64,000 nt of DNA from the NCBI GenBank assembly GCA_963845755.1, contig CAWJTV010000031.1, positions 128,001 to 192,000 of the forward strand. The letters run 5' to 3'. The notes beneath the pieces are model-generated. The model saw only the letters and a program-made list of their open reading frames with translations, did no database searches and had not been told where the DNA came from. Of the stretch, positions 11,762 through 24,400 are shown piece by piece. The stretch is from an uncultured Planctomycetota bacterium (lineage in GTDB: Bacteria; Planctomycetota; Planctomycetia; Isosphaerales; Isosphaeraceae). How positions within the stretch are numbered: the stretch's first letter is position 1; each line of letters starts with the position of its first letter. The translations under genes were made by a program, and so were the position numbers.

Positions 11762-13137
11762 TCACGGATTATGCCACTCGTGGCACTCGGGGAGCAGACG
11801 ATCGGCCTCCGCCGGGCCCCAGGTGCCCGGTTCATAGAAATAGAGCGGCGTGACATCCCCCAGCACCGGCTCGACGATCCGCCACTGGGCCTCGATGGTG
11901 TCCTCGCGCGAGAACAGGCTGGGGTCGCCCTTCATCGCCTCATGCAAGAGCCGGGCGTAAGGAGGAACCTCGTCCGCCGGCTGGCGGTGGGCCATCAGTT
12001 CGACCGGCTGCAAACCCTCCTCATCTCCCTCCTTCCGCACCACCGCCCCGATCGCGATGATCTCCTCGGGATTGAATCGAATCCGGACGTGGTTCTGTGA
12101 GCAATCCAGTGAATGCTCGGCGAACGATCGCTGGGGCGGCCGCTGGAACCGGACGAGGACCTCCGTAGCGGTCTTGGCCAGGCTCTTGCCGGCGCGGATC
12201 AGGATCGGCACGCGGCCCCACCGCCACGAGTCGATCCAGAGACGAACCGCCGCGAACGTCTCGACCTGCGAGTCGGCAGCAACCCCTTTCTCTTGTCGGT
12301 AGCCGCGATACTGCCCGCGCACGATGTCATCAGGATTCAGCGGCTCAACCGCCCGTAGCAGCTTGGCCTTCTCGTCGCGGATGCCGTCGGGTGCGTTGCT
12401 GCCGGGTGGCTCCATGGCCAGCATCGAGACGACTTGAAGCAAGTGGTTCTGGATCACGTCGCGGATGGCGCCGGCCTCTTCGTAGAAAGCACCTCGGCCC
12501 TGGATGTCGAACGCCTCGGCCATGGTGATCTGGATCTCCGCGATGCAATCGCGGTTCCAGACCGGCTCGAGGAACCGGTTAGCGAACCGGAAGTTGAGGA
12601 TGTTCAGCACCGGTTCCTTGCCGACGAAGTGGTCGATCCGAAAGATCTGCGACTCGTCGAACGTCTGACCCAGGACCTGGTTCAGCTCCTGCGCCGATTT
12701 CAGGTCGCGCCGAACGGTTTCTCGACTACGATTCGGGCGTTCTCGGCACTCCCGGAGTCGTGCAGATGCTCCGACACGACGGCGAAGACGCTCGGCGGGA
12801 TCGCCAGGTAGTGCAAAGGCCGCTGCGCCGAGCCCAGCGCCTTCCGAATCTGAACGAACGTCTCCGGATCGTTATAGTCGCCATCGACGTACTTGAGCAC
12901 CTTCACCAACTTGGCGAATGCGGCTTCGTCGACCCCGCCGTGTTTGGCCAGGCTATCACGCGCCTGCGCCCGGAGTTGATCGAGCGTCCAACCCGACTTG
13001 GCCACCCCGACGACCGGCACGTCGAGATGCCCGTGCTGGATCATGTTCTGGAGCGCGGGGAAGATTTTCTTGTGAGCCAGATCGCCGGTCGCCCCGAAGA
13101 ACACGAGGGCGTCGGAGGGATCGCTGGTCGTCAACAT
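11762..13137 (-). CDS. zwf: Glucose-6-phosphate 1-dehydrogenase (frameshift near 12705)
   Basis: FFGATGDLAHKK, IVVEKPFG, RIDHFVGKE, IRDVIQNHLLQ, YEPGTWGP. Confidence 0.93.
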
Positions 13138-13389
13138 AGGGGTCGCTCCAGGGAATGATGCGATACGCGCCGAGAGAGAACGCAGAGGTACCAATCGAGA
13201 AGGCACGGATAGCCATTTCGGTTTCCTCCACCATACCGTTCTACGATTCCTGTGCCAAAGACATCTGGCCAGCGAAATCGATCGGGGCGTCCCTTGTCGC
13301 TGGCAGGGCGTGCCTTTATCATTCGTTCACGATGTGGAGCCGCGATTACGCGCCGGTGCGCCGACAATTCCTGTCTGTTCGAACGTGCG

Positions 13390-13896
13390 ATGGCCAAGAA
13401 AAAGGAAGTCGAGAAACCGAAGCCGGCTACCAGGAGTGACGACTCGGGGATCAAGGTCGTCGCACGGAACCGTCGCGCACGGCATGAGTTCGACCTGCTG
13501 GAGAAGGTTGAAGCGGGACTCGTCCTGACCGGCACCGAAGTCAAGAGCCTGCGGAACGGCAAGGCGAACCTGGAAGATGCGTACGCCGAGGTCGACCGTG
13601 GCGAGGTCTGGCTGCTCGGCTGCGACATCCCGGAGTACGTCCAGGCCAACCGCATGAACCATGCACCCAAGCGTCCACGGAAGCTGCTACTCCACCGTCG
13701 CGAGATCAACAAGCTGGGGATCAAGTCGTCCGAGAAGGGGCTCACCCTGGTCCCGCTGTCGGTCTATTTCAAGAAAGGGATCGCCAAGGTCGAGCTGTGC
13801 ATCGCCCGAGGCCGCAAGACCTTTGACAAGCGCGAGGCGCTCAAGAAACAGGAAGCCAAGCGCGACATGGATCGGGCCCTGCGGCGACGGTCGTGA
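13390..13896 (+). CDS. smpB: SsrA-binding protein
   Basis: NRRARHEF...EAGLVLTGTEVKSLR, RPRKLLLHRREI, GLTLVPL, ARGRKTFDKRE. Confidence 0.97.
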   Translation: MAKKKEVEKPKPATRSDDSGIKVVARNRRARHEFDLLEKVEAGLVLTGTEVKSLRNGKANLEDAYAEVDRGEVWLLGCDIPEYVQANRMNHAPKRPRKLLLHRREINKLGIKSSEKGLTLVPLSVYFKKGIAKVELCIARGRKTFDKREALKKQEAKRDMDRALRRRS

Positions 13897-13948
13897 CTGG
13901 GGCGATCTGGCCCACCCGGGTCGAGTGCCCGATCGGGGGAGAACGATC

Positions 13949-15303
13949 ATGAGGCTGCATCGTCGTAACTGGTTGACCTTGGCGGGGGGAGGGCTTCTGG
14001 CCGGCGGCCTGGTTGAGCCGGGAAATGCGGGCTCCTTTGCCGCGGAAAACGACCGCTTGACGATCACCGGGCTGACGGTGACGCCGATCGCGTTGCCAGA
14101 CCCACCGCTGCTGGCGGCCAGCGGCTGCCACGGGCCGTATTTTCTCCGCAATGTGATCGAGCTGAAGACCGACGGTGGCATCGTCGGCCTCGGCGAGATG
14201 CCGGGTGGAGAAGGCGTGACATCGGGACTCCAGAAAGCAAGGGATCTTGTCGTCGGCCAGAATGCGCTGGCGTACCGGAAATCCGCCCGTGAGTTGCAGA
14301 AGCTGGGCATGGCGGTCTATGCGGGGATCGAAATGGCCTGCCTGGACGCCGCAGGCCGGGCGACAGGCCGACGTCTCTGCGAGATGGTCGGCGGGCCAGT
14401 GCGCGAGTCGGTCGAGTTCGCCGCATACTTATTCTACCGATATGCCGCCGACCACCCGGTGATCCTGGCCGACCCCCACTTGGCCGACTCACGGGGCCGT
14501 GGCGACCATGCTCTCGACGGCTGGGGTGAAGTGCGTTCGGCCGAGGCGATGGCCGCGATGGCGGCCCAGTTCCGCGACCGCTGGGGCTTTCGCGTGTTCA
14601 AGCTCAAGGGGGGCGTTTTGGCTCCCGAGGTGGAGCGCGACAGCCTGATTGCCATGGCTGAGCGACTCGGAGCCGACTCCCGCCTGCGGATCGATCCCAA
14701 CGCACGCTGGAAGACGTCCACGGCTCTCCGGATCGGCAAGGAGATCGCGAATCTCCCGATGGAATACTATGAGGACCCGGTACAAGGTCAGGCGGCGATG
14801 GCGGAGGTCCGCAAGGCGACCGGCCTGAAGATGAGCACGAACATGTGCGTGACCCGATTCGAACACATCCCCGAGGCCATGCGGCTGCATCCGATCGACG
14901 TCCTCCTCTGCGACCACCACTATTTCGGCGGCTTCGCCGGCTGCCAGGCCCTGGGACCGATCGGCCGCGGCGCCGGCTGGACGCTCAGTCAGCACAGCAA
15001 CAGCCATGCCGGCATCTCCATGGCGGCGATGATCCACCTGGCCGCCTCGATCCCGGAGGTGACACTCGCCAGCGACACCCATTACCCCTGGCTGGTCGAT
15101 CGCTTCGATATCATCGAGGGACCCAAGCTCACAATCCAGAACGGCGCCATGTCCGTGCCGACTGGTCCGGGGCTGGGAGTCACGCTCGATCCCGACAAGC
15201 TGGCGCGCGCCACGAGGTCTACCAGAAGTGCGGGATGCGCGGCCGGGACGACCGCACGCTGATGCGGAAACTCGTGCCGAACTGGAACGGGGAGTTGCTC
15301 TGA
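13949..15303 (+). CDS. Enolase-superfamily (glucarate dehydratase-like) enzyme with Tat-like signal; frameshift near 15210
   Basis: HRRNWLTLAGGGLLAG N-terminus; FKLKGG, LRIDPN, YYEDP, HSNSH, DTHYPW, PTGPGLGVTLD. Confidence 0.85.
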
Positions 15304-15384
15304 GCCTCGTCGGGGGCTCCGCGAGCACCGATCGGCTGCCGTCGCCCATTCGGCTTCTCGCCGAGCACGGGAAGGTGAACTCCC

Positions 15385-15412
15385 TTGACTCCGCACTCGT
15401 AGTATTCATAAT
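15385..15412 (+). promoter_or_regulatory. Putative sigma70 promoter of ssrA
   Basis: TTGACT-N16-CATAAT about 50 nt upstream of the tmRNA 5' end. Confidence 0.5.
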
Positions 15413-15463
15413 GACTTTGCCCGACCCGCGCCGCGAGGACGGACTGGGCGGCTCTTTCATCAA

Positions 15464-15830
15464 GGGGGCGAACTAGGATCGACCGGATGTCCGAAGTGAC
15501 AGGTGGCGTGCCGAGGTTGGTCAGCAGGCCTCGTTAAAAGCCGACCAAAACTTTACCTGCCAACAACACTGTTGGTACCCTTCGTATGGCTGCCTAAACA
15601 GCCTGAAGGCCTCGCGCCGGGTCTTTGCCCGAGAGATACGGCCGGGGACGCTAATTCGGGATCGTCTGAGCTTAACCGCCAGTTGCGGCTCAGGTTAAAT
15701 TCATGACCGGCTAAGCCGAAAGGGACCTCGCCGAACAGGGCCCCCAGGCCGACAATCAAACGATCGGCTACGCACGTAGAGGCCGTCATAGACGCTTCTC
15801 GGGACGCGGGTGCAATTCCCGCCGCCTCCA
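15464..15830 (+). ncRNA. ssrA: tmRNA; tag reading frame 15559-15597 encodes (A)ANNTVGTLRMAA*
   Basis: 5' GGGGGCG pairs with 3' CGCCTCC-A including the G3.U alanine identity pair; GGATCGAC motif; T-arm GCGGGTGCAATTCCCGC; tag ends in AA-stop; CCA not encoded; smpB nearby. Confidence 0.95.
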
Positions 15831-15832
15831 CT
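15801..15832 (+). repeat. attL (3' end of ssrA)
   Basis: GGGACGCGGGTGCAATTCCCGCCGCCTCCACT, identical to 29138-29169. Confidence 0.92.
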
Positions 15833-16191
15833 TTGAGCGTCATAAGTAATTGTTGTGTATGGCTTTAAGAAATCAGGGACCGCGGGCGAGGCACCCGCAG
15901 CCGTGTCCCTTCTGCGCAATGCGAGGTGATCGGAGTTCGAGCGCAATACGCCGCGCAAATCGTTTTTCTGCGGTGCTTTGCGTCAGTGGGCCACAGCGTC
16001 CGGCTGCCGATCTAACCGCGTCGCATTGCCGCGACAAATGCTCTTCGCCATCCAAAGAGGAGGCAATACGCAGACAACAACTAAAGAGTCGATCAGCCGT
16101 CGCCCTGCCGAGAGCATCGGTGATTACACCTGAGTGGCAGCGCCCCACTCGGTCGCCACGCCATGCAATTGACTAGGAACTTGGCGATGGT

Positions 16192-16490
16192 ATGAAGGAC
16201 GTGCCGTCGCTTGTGTCCGTCATGCTTTATCTATGCTCAGAAAACGCGGAGATTCGCGAAGGCGGCTGCGACGATCGTCTTCCCGCGTACGCGGAACGCA
16301 GGAAATCAAAAAGGGACTACGTCTTTTCGCACAGATCAACGAACGCATCGGGAAGTCGGATACCGCCTCGCCTCCGCCTTGCGGCGGGCGTCTACGGGAC
16401 GGAGCTTAGAGGACGCAACGGGAATCCCATGCGCGACCGCGGCCTCGCATCCGCCGGGCGCATTTGCACTCGTGCCCTCTTAATATGATA
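16192..16490 (+). pseudogene. C-terminal remnant of an AcrVA2/FinQ-family protein
   Basis: Across three frames: LVSVMLYLCSENAEI, EVGYRLASALRRA and HARPRPRIRRAHLH (from 16428); recalled family pattern SLLLYLC...WDVGVRLGAALRRA...RPHIRRAHWH. Confidence 0.6.
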
Positions 16491-16677
16491 ACGATGTCGG
16501 CATCGGCGAGCTCACGCTGATCGGCCATCGGAAGTCTCGCTTCAGATAGGATGTGGCACCGGTCGCGCAAAAAGTGAAAACTGGGTGCAGCATAGGAACT
16601 GGGTGACGCGGGGCGATCACCGCCCCACAGTAATTACCGGAGTCTCCCAGCCGTTCTTCCATTTGAACGAGAGTCGC

Positions 16678-17364
16678 TTATTCATACCGGCGATTTTCAA
16701 CCCGGCGGGCCGGTACGATCCCAGACCCAATCCAGCAGGCACGCTTTCCACGAGCAGCGCAGAAATGAAAGCTGAAGCACCAGACGTGGAGGCCGATAAC
16801 GGTCTTGTTCGACATCCAGGGCAGCACCTCGCACTGATCGCGGTTATCGAATGTTAGGCCCTTCATCTCCGTCGGCTGCCAGAAAAACCCTTGGCCTCGT
16901 GGCACGTCTTTTTGTCGGTAAAGCACCTCAAGCCAATGCATCGAGGGTTCGATACCTTGATATGCCGCAAGGTCGGGCCATTGCTCCCCACTATACAAAC
17001 CGCCAATAAGCGTCTTGAGCATCCAGGCGCTCGAAGCGATCTCCGTCGATCTGGAATAGTTCCGAAGTCTGATCGCCAGCGTTATCGGCATCGTACATCG
17101 CTTCAGCAGCGCAGCATCATGTCGATAAAAGTTTGATCGAACTCGGATAGTCCGCTGTTATGCTTCTCGCAGAGGATTCTCGCGTATAGCTTGCCGATTT
17201 CCTGGAGGCGACGGACGCCGCCTTTCTTTTCGTAGACGCGCGGGGCACCTGGGAGGGCGACCTTGAGTGAGCTCCAAGCCGCCTTCGGATACATAATGCT
17301 CTTTGCTTGGCACCCCGAAGCAGTCGCCGAGAGCGCACGCGAAGCAGTGAAATTGCTTTGCCAT
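16678..17364 (-). CDS. HNH-like zinc-binding protein, split over three ORFs by frameshifts
   Basis: CFACALGDC..PSKEHYVSE followed by ILCEKHNSGLSEFD, an HNH_5-like C/EH/CxxHN pattern. Confidence 0.55.
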
Positions 17365-17603
17365 TGGTGTTCTCCGGCCTTTTGATATGGGCTTTAGACA
17401 CGATGACGTGAATCAAAGTTGGGGCGGTGTGCGGTTCCCATTCGACGTCGCCTGCTCGACTTAGTCCCCTGCAAGATTGGTTTATGCCGCTATTCGATAG
17501 ACTCTTGGCGTCGCTACGTGGCACTCAGGCGCACACTGCCACCAACATCTTTGTCGCTATGATTGTCATTGAGTTTTAGAAACGCCAAGTCGGAGAATCG
17601 CCC

Positions 17604-19284
17604 ATGGACCAGTTGGGACTGATCCTTGCTGAAGCCGTCATGAGCCAGGAGTGGGAGAGGGCGTATGTCGCCGGAACATACCAAGCGTTCCGCATCGGCG
17701 AGCAAACACGTATCGACCAATGCCTGGAGCGAACCGATTTGAAAGGGGAACCGGCATCCCGGTATTTGGACGAAGTCCTCCATCGGCTCGAACGGTACGC
17801 CGAGACCGAAGCCGCTAAGAGCTATGGCCGCTACCGCTGGCTATGGTATCTACGGCGACTTCCTGACTTTGTCTTCTCAGGAAGACTCGCGTCAACGGGT
17901 TCGTATAATCGGCATGTCACCGAAATCCTTGCCACCCGCGGGGCTGGCCCAGCGCATGCGTTACGAGCGACCTCTGGCAGATGGCACGTTTCCCCTTGAT
18001 GGCACCGCGATGAGGCGGATTGCGTGCATTTGCGGATTCGCCGAGGCCTTCCGGCATTACCAGGTCGTTTATCGGGTGGTCGGCAAAGGCGGCGGCATGG
18101 CCTTTGATCAATCGTATCCTGGGTTACCGTTCCCTGTGCCGAAAAGCCAACGTGACGATGTGCTCGACCGGGCACTAGAAGAGTTTGATCTTCGCAATAT
18201 TCAATCGAACGTCTTGGCAAACATTGGAATTCCTATTGAGTCTCTTGACCCCAAGACCCACAAGGGCCAGCGGACGTTGTTCCAGATGGGGAAGGTCTCC
18301 GGCTTGCCACCAATTGCAACCGCTGAAGAATTTGATTTGGCCCATACGGTAGCGATGCGATATGCGACTAGTGCTATGCCACTGCGAGCGATTATTGATT
18401 TAATGTCCCACCCCGATATAAAAGGGATTGCCTGTTGGAGTCCAGAACTGCCTACGCTGATAGCGCATTTCTACCTCACCACCGTTCTTTATGGCGACTC
18501 GTTAACCATGCGGTCGCAGATCCTCCAGTCCGGCTACATGATCGGCGCTAGGCAGCAAATCAATAGCCTCTATCGTGACTTTCGAGAAGAGATGTACCGA
18601 GATGAGCCACTGCTGGCGACATTTCCAGACGATACTTCGGATGAACCGTTTAGCGAACGGCTTCTCCGCATGGAGGGTAAGGCTTCCCCGTTGTTTGGTG
18701 GACCGGTCGCGTTCGTCGTCAGCGACGAACTCTTCGGTGTCAATCTCTACGGCGCCACTCGACGCTTTCAAGACCTGCTGCAATTCCCCGGAATCCAGGG
18801 CGAACCGGCGAACGCGCGGGCAAAGGCATTCGAGGAGTCGGTCCAGTCAGCCATTGACGTTACGGCTTGGAAGCCTCCCGCCTCCATAAAGCGGCTCGTT
18901 GGGCATCACTTTAGGATCGACGGGAAAGCATTCGGCGAGGTGGACGCCTTTGCCGCCAAGAACCGAGTCCTCCTGCTGGTGTCGTGCAAGAGTTTGGTTT
19001 ACACCGCAGCCTATGATCGCGGTGAGTTTGCGGTCATAAGGAATGCGAGGACGACCTTGGAGAAGGGCGACAAGAAATTCGCGGAACTCGCCAACCACTT
19101 CACCCGGTTTCCGAACGGCGGTCCGGAATACGACTTCACCGCCTATTCGACGATTACTTACGTTGTCATCACGCCGCATGTCATGTTCGTCACAGAACCG
19201 CTCTTGTCAAAGATGTCATTGTCAGGGCTGCGGAGCTATTCAAGCTTCGAGGAGCTTCGCAAATGGTTGGCGGACTCCGGCTAA
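17604..19284 (+). CDS. Hypothetical protein (~560 aa, frameshift near 17940) with C-terminal PD-(D/E)XK-like nuclease domain
   Basis: RAKAFEESV...GEVDAFAAKNRVLLLVSCKS motif; AT-richer than the flanks. Confidence 0.6.
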
Positions 19285-19324
19285 CCTGCTGATGCAGCGC
19301 CGCGGCGTCGGGGAGGGCCTCGCT

Positions 19325-20615
19325 CATGACCCCAATCGCTCCGCCGTGCCCCAAAGACAAGGGCGGGGTTCGAGACGAAGTAGACGTCTTCGCCCTTGAT
19401 GTGATTTCAGCCCGTTCGGAGTTGGTGGGGCGGATAGCGCTCGATCATCGGCCCCAGGGCGGCGTACTCATATCCGACCCCCTCGACCTCGTCGCGGGTT
19501 ATGTCGTCCAGGGCTGTAGGTGATGCGGAACCGGGCCTTCGGACGAGCTGTGGATCAGGTGGGCGGCGGCGGAGAGGTTCGCGGTCAGTCGGGATGCGTC
19601 TCGACCGCCGCGACAGTCGCCCGGGTGCCGCGGTAGCCGAAGCGACGGATCAGCGGGTCGATCTCGGCATCCTAAAAAACTAACCGAACTGGCGCACGCC
19701 GGGGGCTAGGATCACCGGCTCGCCCCCGTCGGCGAGGCGCCATCCGCGTGCGGTAGACGGCCTTGTTCCCTAACCAGGTTGACTTGTATTACTGCGGGTC
19801 GAGGTACACGACGATCTTCGCCGGCGCACGGTCGAGGACATCCAGATTAACTGCGCGGCAAAATGCCGGCCCACGATCGTAGCAATCGCCATCGTCCCCG
19901 GCGAAGAGACTGCGTGTCACGAGCCGGCCGTCCGGGGTCAGGCTGCGGACGTCAGGACGTACGTGATGGGCAGGTGGCGGAGGAAGCGGTCGGCCACCCA
20001 GTTCAGCAGGTCGCGCACGGTGTGCGGGCACGGCCCATTATCCGCTCCATGCCATAGACGGCCCCGAGTGAGTGCGACTTGTGGATTATGTCGAGGCCCA
20101 CCGCAACCCACCAAGATGTTCTCTGACATAGTTAAATATGCCAATTACGTCATGAGGTACGAGGTGCCCGATCGAGAGGATCGCGTCCCAGTCGCCCTCG
20201 ACGAGCAGCCGACCCACCTGCACGGCGACCGGCAGCCTGCCCCCCCTCCGAGAGCCGCCCCAAGACTTCTGCGGGGACCTCGCTGAGGGTCCGCACGCTC
20301 CCGCACGAGTCGTGCACGCGGAACGCGTTGAGGGGGATGCCGGGGAACATCGCCGCTCGCTCGTCATCGGCGACCGGAAAGTGGGTCTCGGTCGCGGGCA
20401 AGATCGCCGCCTCGACCGGATTACGCAGCCGATCATAGAACCGGCAGGTCAGCGGCCCGGCCCCAAGAATGGGCCCGCGTGTAGTCGGGCGGGATCAGCA
20501 GCACCCGACGTATCACCCGCCTACTCTCGAGGCGATCGAGCAACTCGTCGGCCCAGGACAGCGTCAGGCTGTCAGGAAACTCGGCCTTCGGCGAGCCTTC
20601 GGCGATGTCGAGCAC
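19325..20615 (-). pseudogene. LarA/DUF2088 (lactate racemase-domain) epimerase pseudogene
   Basis: RVLLIPPDYTRAHSW, ILSIGHLVPHDVIG, VYLDPQ*YKSTWLGNKAVYRTRM, EDVYFVSNPAL; in-frame stops as well as frameshifts. Confidence 0.75.
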
Positions 20616-21039
20616 TATCGGCCCCTTTCCCAAAGAGGGTCGCCGGGGTGGTCGGCAATAGCATCGGAACCGAGACCCGCTGGTTCCGCGGACACACCGT
20701 TGGCGAACAGACCAGAGGGCTAGCGGGATCATTGGGTTGTCCACTCTCGTTTGCAAGGGCTCGGATCGCGCTCTTTCCCTGGACTTGAGCGCAAACAACC
20801 AAAATTCTCGGTTTACGAATCAGCGCCACCCTTGACTGAGACGATGGATTGGCATTAGAGATAACAGGTGCCATTTGGGGAGGTCATCCCGAAGGGCAGG
20901 TTGTGCATGCCGACGTGCGCGAAAGGTTGAGCCCCGGTGAATCGACGGCAAGAGTGTTTCTGCTGCTGCTTGTTTCGTGAAGTGAGCAAATCTTGGGGGA
21001 TGTTTACAGCGAGCGCTCGGAGCGGGCCTTCGGACCCAT

Positions 21040-21300
21040 ATTGCGCATCACCGAGTCAGAAAGGCCGCGAGGCACTGCCGTGATGTGTAGCTGTTTAAGA
21101 TAGATCTCGGCACGAGCCTCTTGTGGCTCGTGACGATGTTTGCCCGTCATTGGCCGTTGGACGTCGTCTACAAGGCGAGCAAACAGGTGCTGTAAATCGA
21201 AGGACCTCGTCAATGGCACTGAGGGAAAATCGAGAGGCTCGCCCCTGGCTCCGGCGGAACCAGGGTATGGTACGCGCGGGGTATCTGACTGTGCTCCTCG
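21040..21300 (+). pseudogene. Decayed IS4/IS701-like DDE transposase C-terminal fragment
   Basis: DV*LFKIDLGTSLLWLVTMFARHWPLDVVYKASKQVL*IEGPRQWH*GKIERLAPW, a degenerate R-x-W-x-x-E-x(6)-K signature with several stops. Confidence 0.5.
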
Positions 21301-21489
21301 GCCTGACTGCGCAAGCACGCTCGAGCTGCGAAGGCACAATCATCGTCCACTCATTGTATTGGCGTCCTTTGTGACGAACTCTGGCGAGCAGGGGATTTCA
21401 ACCATCTGCGATTTCGGCGAGCATTGAACGGCTCGCGTCAATGCCGTCACGGCACCGATACCGCCTGCCTGAGTCGATCGAAAAACGTC

Positions 21490-24400
21490 ATGCACCCTTT
21501 TTTCACTGGTCGCGACTCTTCCCTAACGAAACAGCGCAGGCATGCCGCAAGAGGCCGCCATGAGACATGTTGCCAATTCGAAGCAATCAAAGCCATTCCG
21601 CAAGCGGCCCGCGGGATAGGCAGCGCCGCACGGCTGGGCATCGAGCAACTCGAGTCGCGTCAGCTGCTGAGCACCGGCATGCCAATCTATGTGACGAACT
21701 TAGTTTCCAATACGATTGGAGAGTACACCACGACCGGCGCAGTGGTAAACGCGTCGCTGATCACCGGGCTGAATGCACCCACAGCCATAGCCGTCTCCGG
21801 GGTGGACCTTTTTGTTACAAACGCGTACGGCGACACGATAGGCGAATACACCACCTCCGGCGCGACGGTCGAACGCCTCTCTGGTCTCGGGGTTGAACGG
21901 TCCCATCGGCATTGCAATCTCCGGATCGGACCTCTTTGTCTCCAATGATTCTGCCGACACGATCGGCGAATACACTACCTCCGGCGCAGTGGTAAACGCG
22001 TCGCTGATCACCGGGCTGAATGGACCCAAGGCCATAGCCGTCTCCGGATCGGACCTTTTTGTTGCAAACTACTTAACCGGAACGATCGGCGAATACACCA
22101 CCTCCGGCGCGACGGTGAACGCCTCGCTGGTCTCGGGGCTTGAATTACCCGTCTGAAATTGCAATCTCGGGAACGGACCTGTTTGTCACGTACCTCTGGT
22201 GGCCGAAGCACGATCGGCGAATACACCACCTCCGGCGCGACGGTGAACGCTTCCCTGGTCTCGGTGTCGATCTTTCCCACCGGCATTGCAATTGCGGGAA
22301 CGGACCTTTTTGTTACTAGACCCGTACGGCGACACGATCGGCGAATACACCACCTCCGGCCTGACGGTTAATGCCTCGCTGGTTTCGGGGCTGGATACTC
22401 CGAGCGGCATCTGGGTGACGACCTTGGCTCTCAACGTCACGAATGCCACGACCGGCGAGGACGTGCAGACCACTTCGGGTCTGGTAATCACGCCGAACGC
22501 GGCGGACGTCGGAACGATCACCAGCTTTCAGATCACCAACATCGCCGGCGGCTCGCTGTTTCTCAACGACGGCGTAACGCCCGTCACAAACGGTGAGTTC
22601 ATTTCAGTGGCCCAAGGCGCGGCCGGCCTGAAGTTCACCCCCACGACCGGCTCGCTGGCCACTGGCAGCTTCACCGCCGAGGAATCGACGACCGGCGACA
22701 CCTCGGGGCTGATCCCCGCCTCGGCGGCCACGGCCACGATCACCGTGCAGCCGCCAATCCCGACGGTCACGAATGCGACGACCGGCGAGAACGTGCAATC
22801 CTCATCGGGCCTGGTGATCACGCCCGGCTCGGTCGATACCTCATTGATTACGGACTTTCAAATCACGGGGATTACGGGCGGGTCGCTGTTCCTCAACGAC
22901 GGCGTCACGCCGGTGACAAACGGCATGTTCATTACCGCCGCTCAAGGCGCTGCGGGCCTGAAGTTTACGCCGACTGCGGGTTCGCTCGCTACCGGCAGTT
23001 TCACCGTGCAGGACGCGATCGCTGCCAACACGCCGGGCTGCTCGGCACGACCGCCACGGCCACGGTCACCGTGCTCGCGCCCACGTTTGAAAACGTCCCG
23101 ACCCTGCTCCATGGCCTGGCAACCGTCAGTTGGAGCGCGCTGGGCTACAACCCGGCAACGACCACGGTCGACATCACTGCCTACCAGGCGGGGCAAGCCA
23201 TCGCGCTTGCCGCCGATCAGCCCCTGACCGGCTCGTGCAACTGGAACACCACCAGCGTGCCCGACGGCCAGTACGAGCTGCAAGCCGTGGTGCATGACGC
23301 CTCCGGCAACGAGGTAGGGCAGTGCCAGCAGCAGGTGGCGATCAACAACACCGCCGCCTGGTACTCGGGCACGATCGCCGCGAACGAAACCTGGACCAGC
23401 GCCCAGGTCAACGTAGTCAGCGGCAACGTGACGATACCTTCGGGCGTAACCGTGACGCTGCAGCCCGGCGCGATCGTCAAGTTTGTCGACGGGACCGGGA
23501 TCACGATCCAAAGCGGCGGCACGCTCGACGCTGCGGGGGCCACGTCGGCCGCCCCCATCATCTTCACGTCCGTGGAAGACGGCACGGTCGGCGGCGACAC
23601 CAAAATGGACGGCGAGCGCCACGCTGCCCGTGCCGGGCGACTGGAGCGGCATCGCGGTCCAGGGCGGCGGGTCGTTCCTTTCAATCAATACACCCAGGTC
23701 CGCTACCAGGTCACGTCGTTCAGCGGCACGCTTGCTCTCGAGCCAGACCTGGCTTGGCACGCTCACCTACGAGGTCCGACGGAGTTGACGATTCCCAGCG
23801 GCGTTACGCTGACGATCCAACCCGGCGCGGTCGTCAAGTTCGGCGCCGGCTCGGGAATCACCGTCGAGTCCGGCGGGCAGTTGATTGCCGACGGGACCGT
23901 GGCTCAGCCGATCATCTTCACTTCGATCAACGACGGCTCCTACGGCGGCGACACCAACGGTGGCTGCGCAAACGCCCGCTCCCGGCGACTGGGGGCAAGT
24001 TTTAGTCAACGGCTCGGCCGCGTTCGACCACGTCGAAGTGTTCTATGGCAGCGGGGCTGGAAACACCGGCATTACAAGCGGCGCGATCCTCGATTCCGGA
24101 GGCACGGTGAGCTTTTTCCGATGGGGTTATCAGTAACGCACTCTATGACGGCCTCGATACGGTCGATAGAGGAAACACGAGCATCTCCAACAGCCTTTTC
24201 ACCGACACCGACCGCGCCGTTGTCTAGTACCGACGGTGGGTCGACAGTCTCGATCGTCAACAGCACGTTCGACGGGAATGTTATCGGCATGTACGCGCAC
24301 GAGGCCGGCAGCATCTCGGCCGCAAACTGCATCGTGACCAATAGCCAACAAATCGGCGTCGAGATCGACAGCTCTGGGGAAATGTCATTCACTTACTCGG

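Noticed and set aside
21712..22415. Regular repeats as a CRISPR array
   Set aside because: Units are ~123 bp, vary at codon third positions, encode a protein repeat and have no unique spacers; no cas genes in the window
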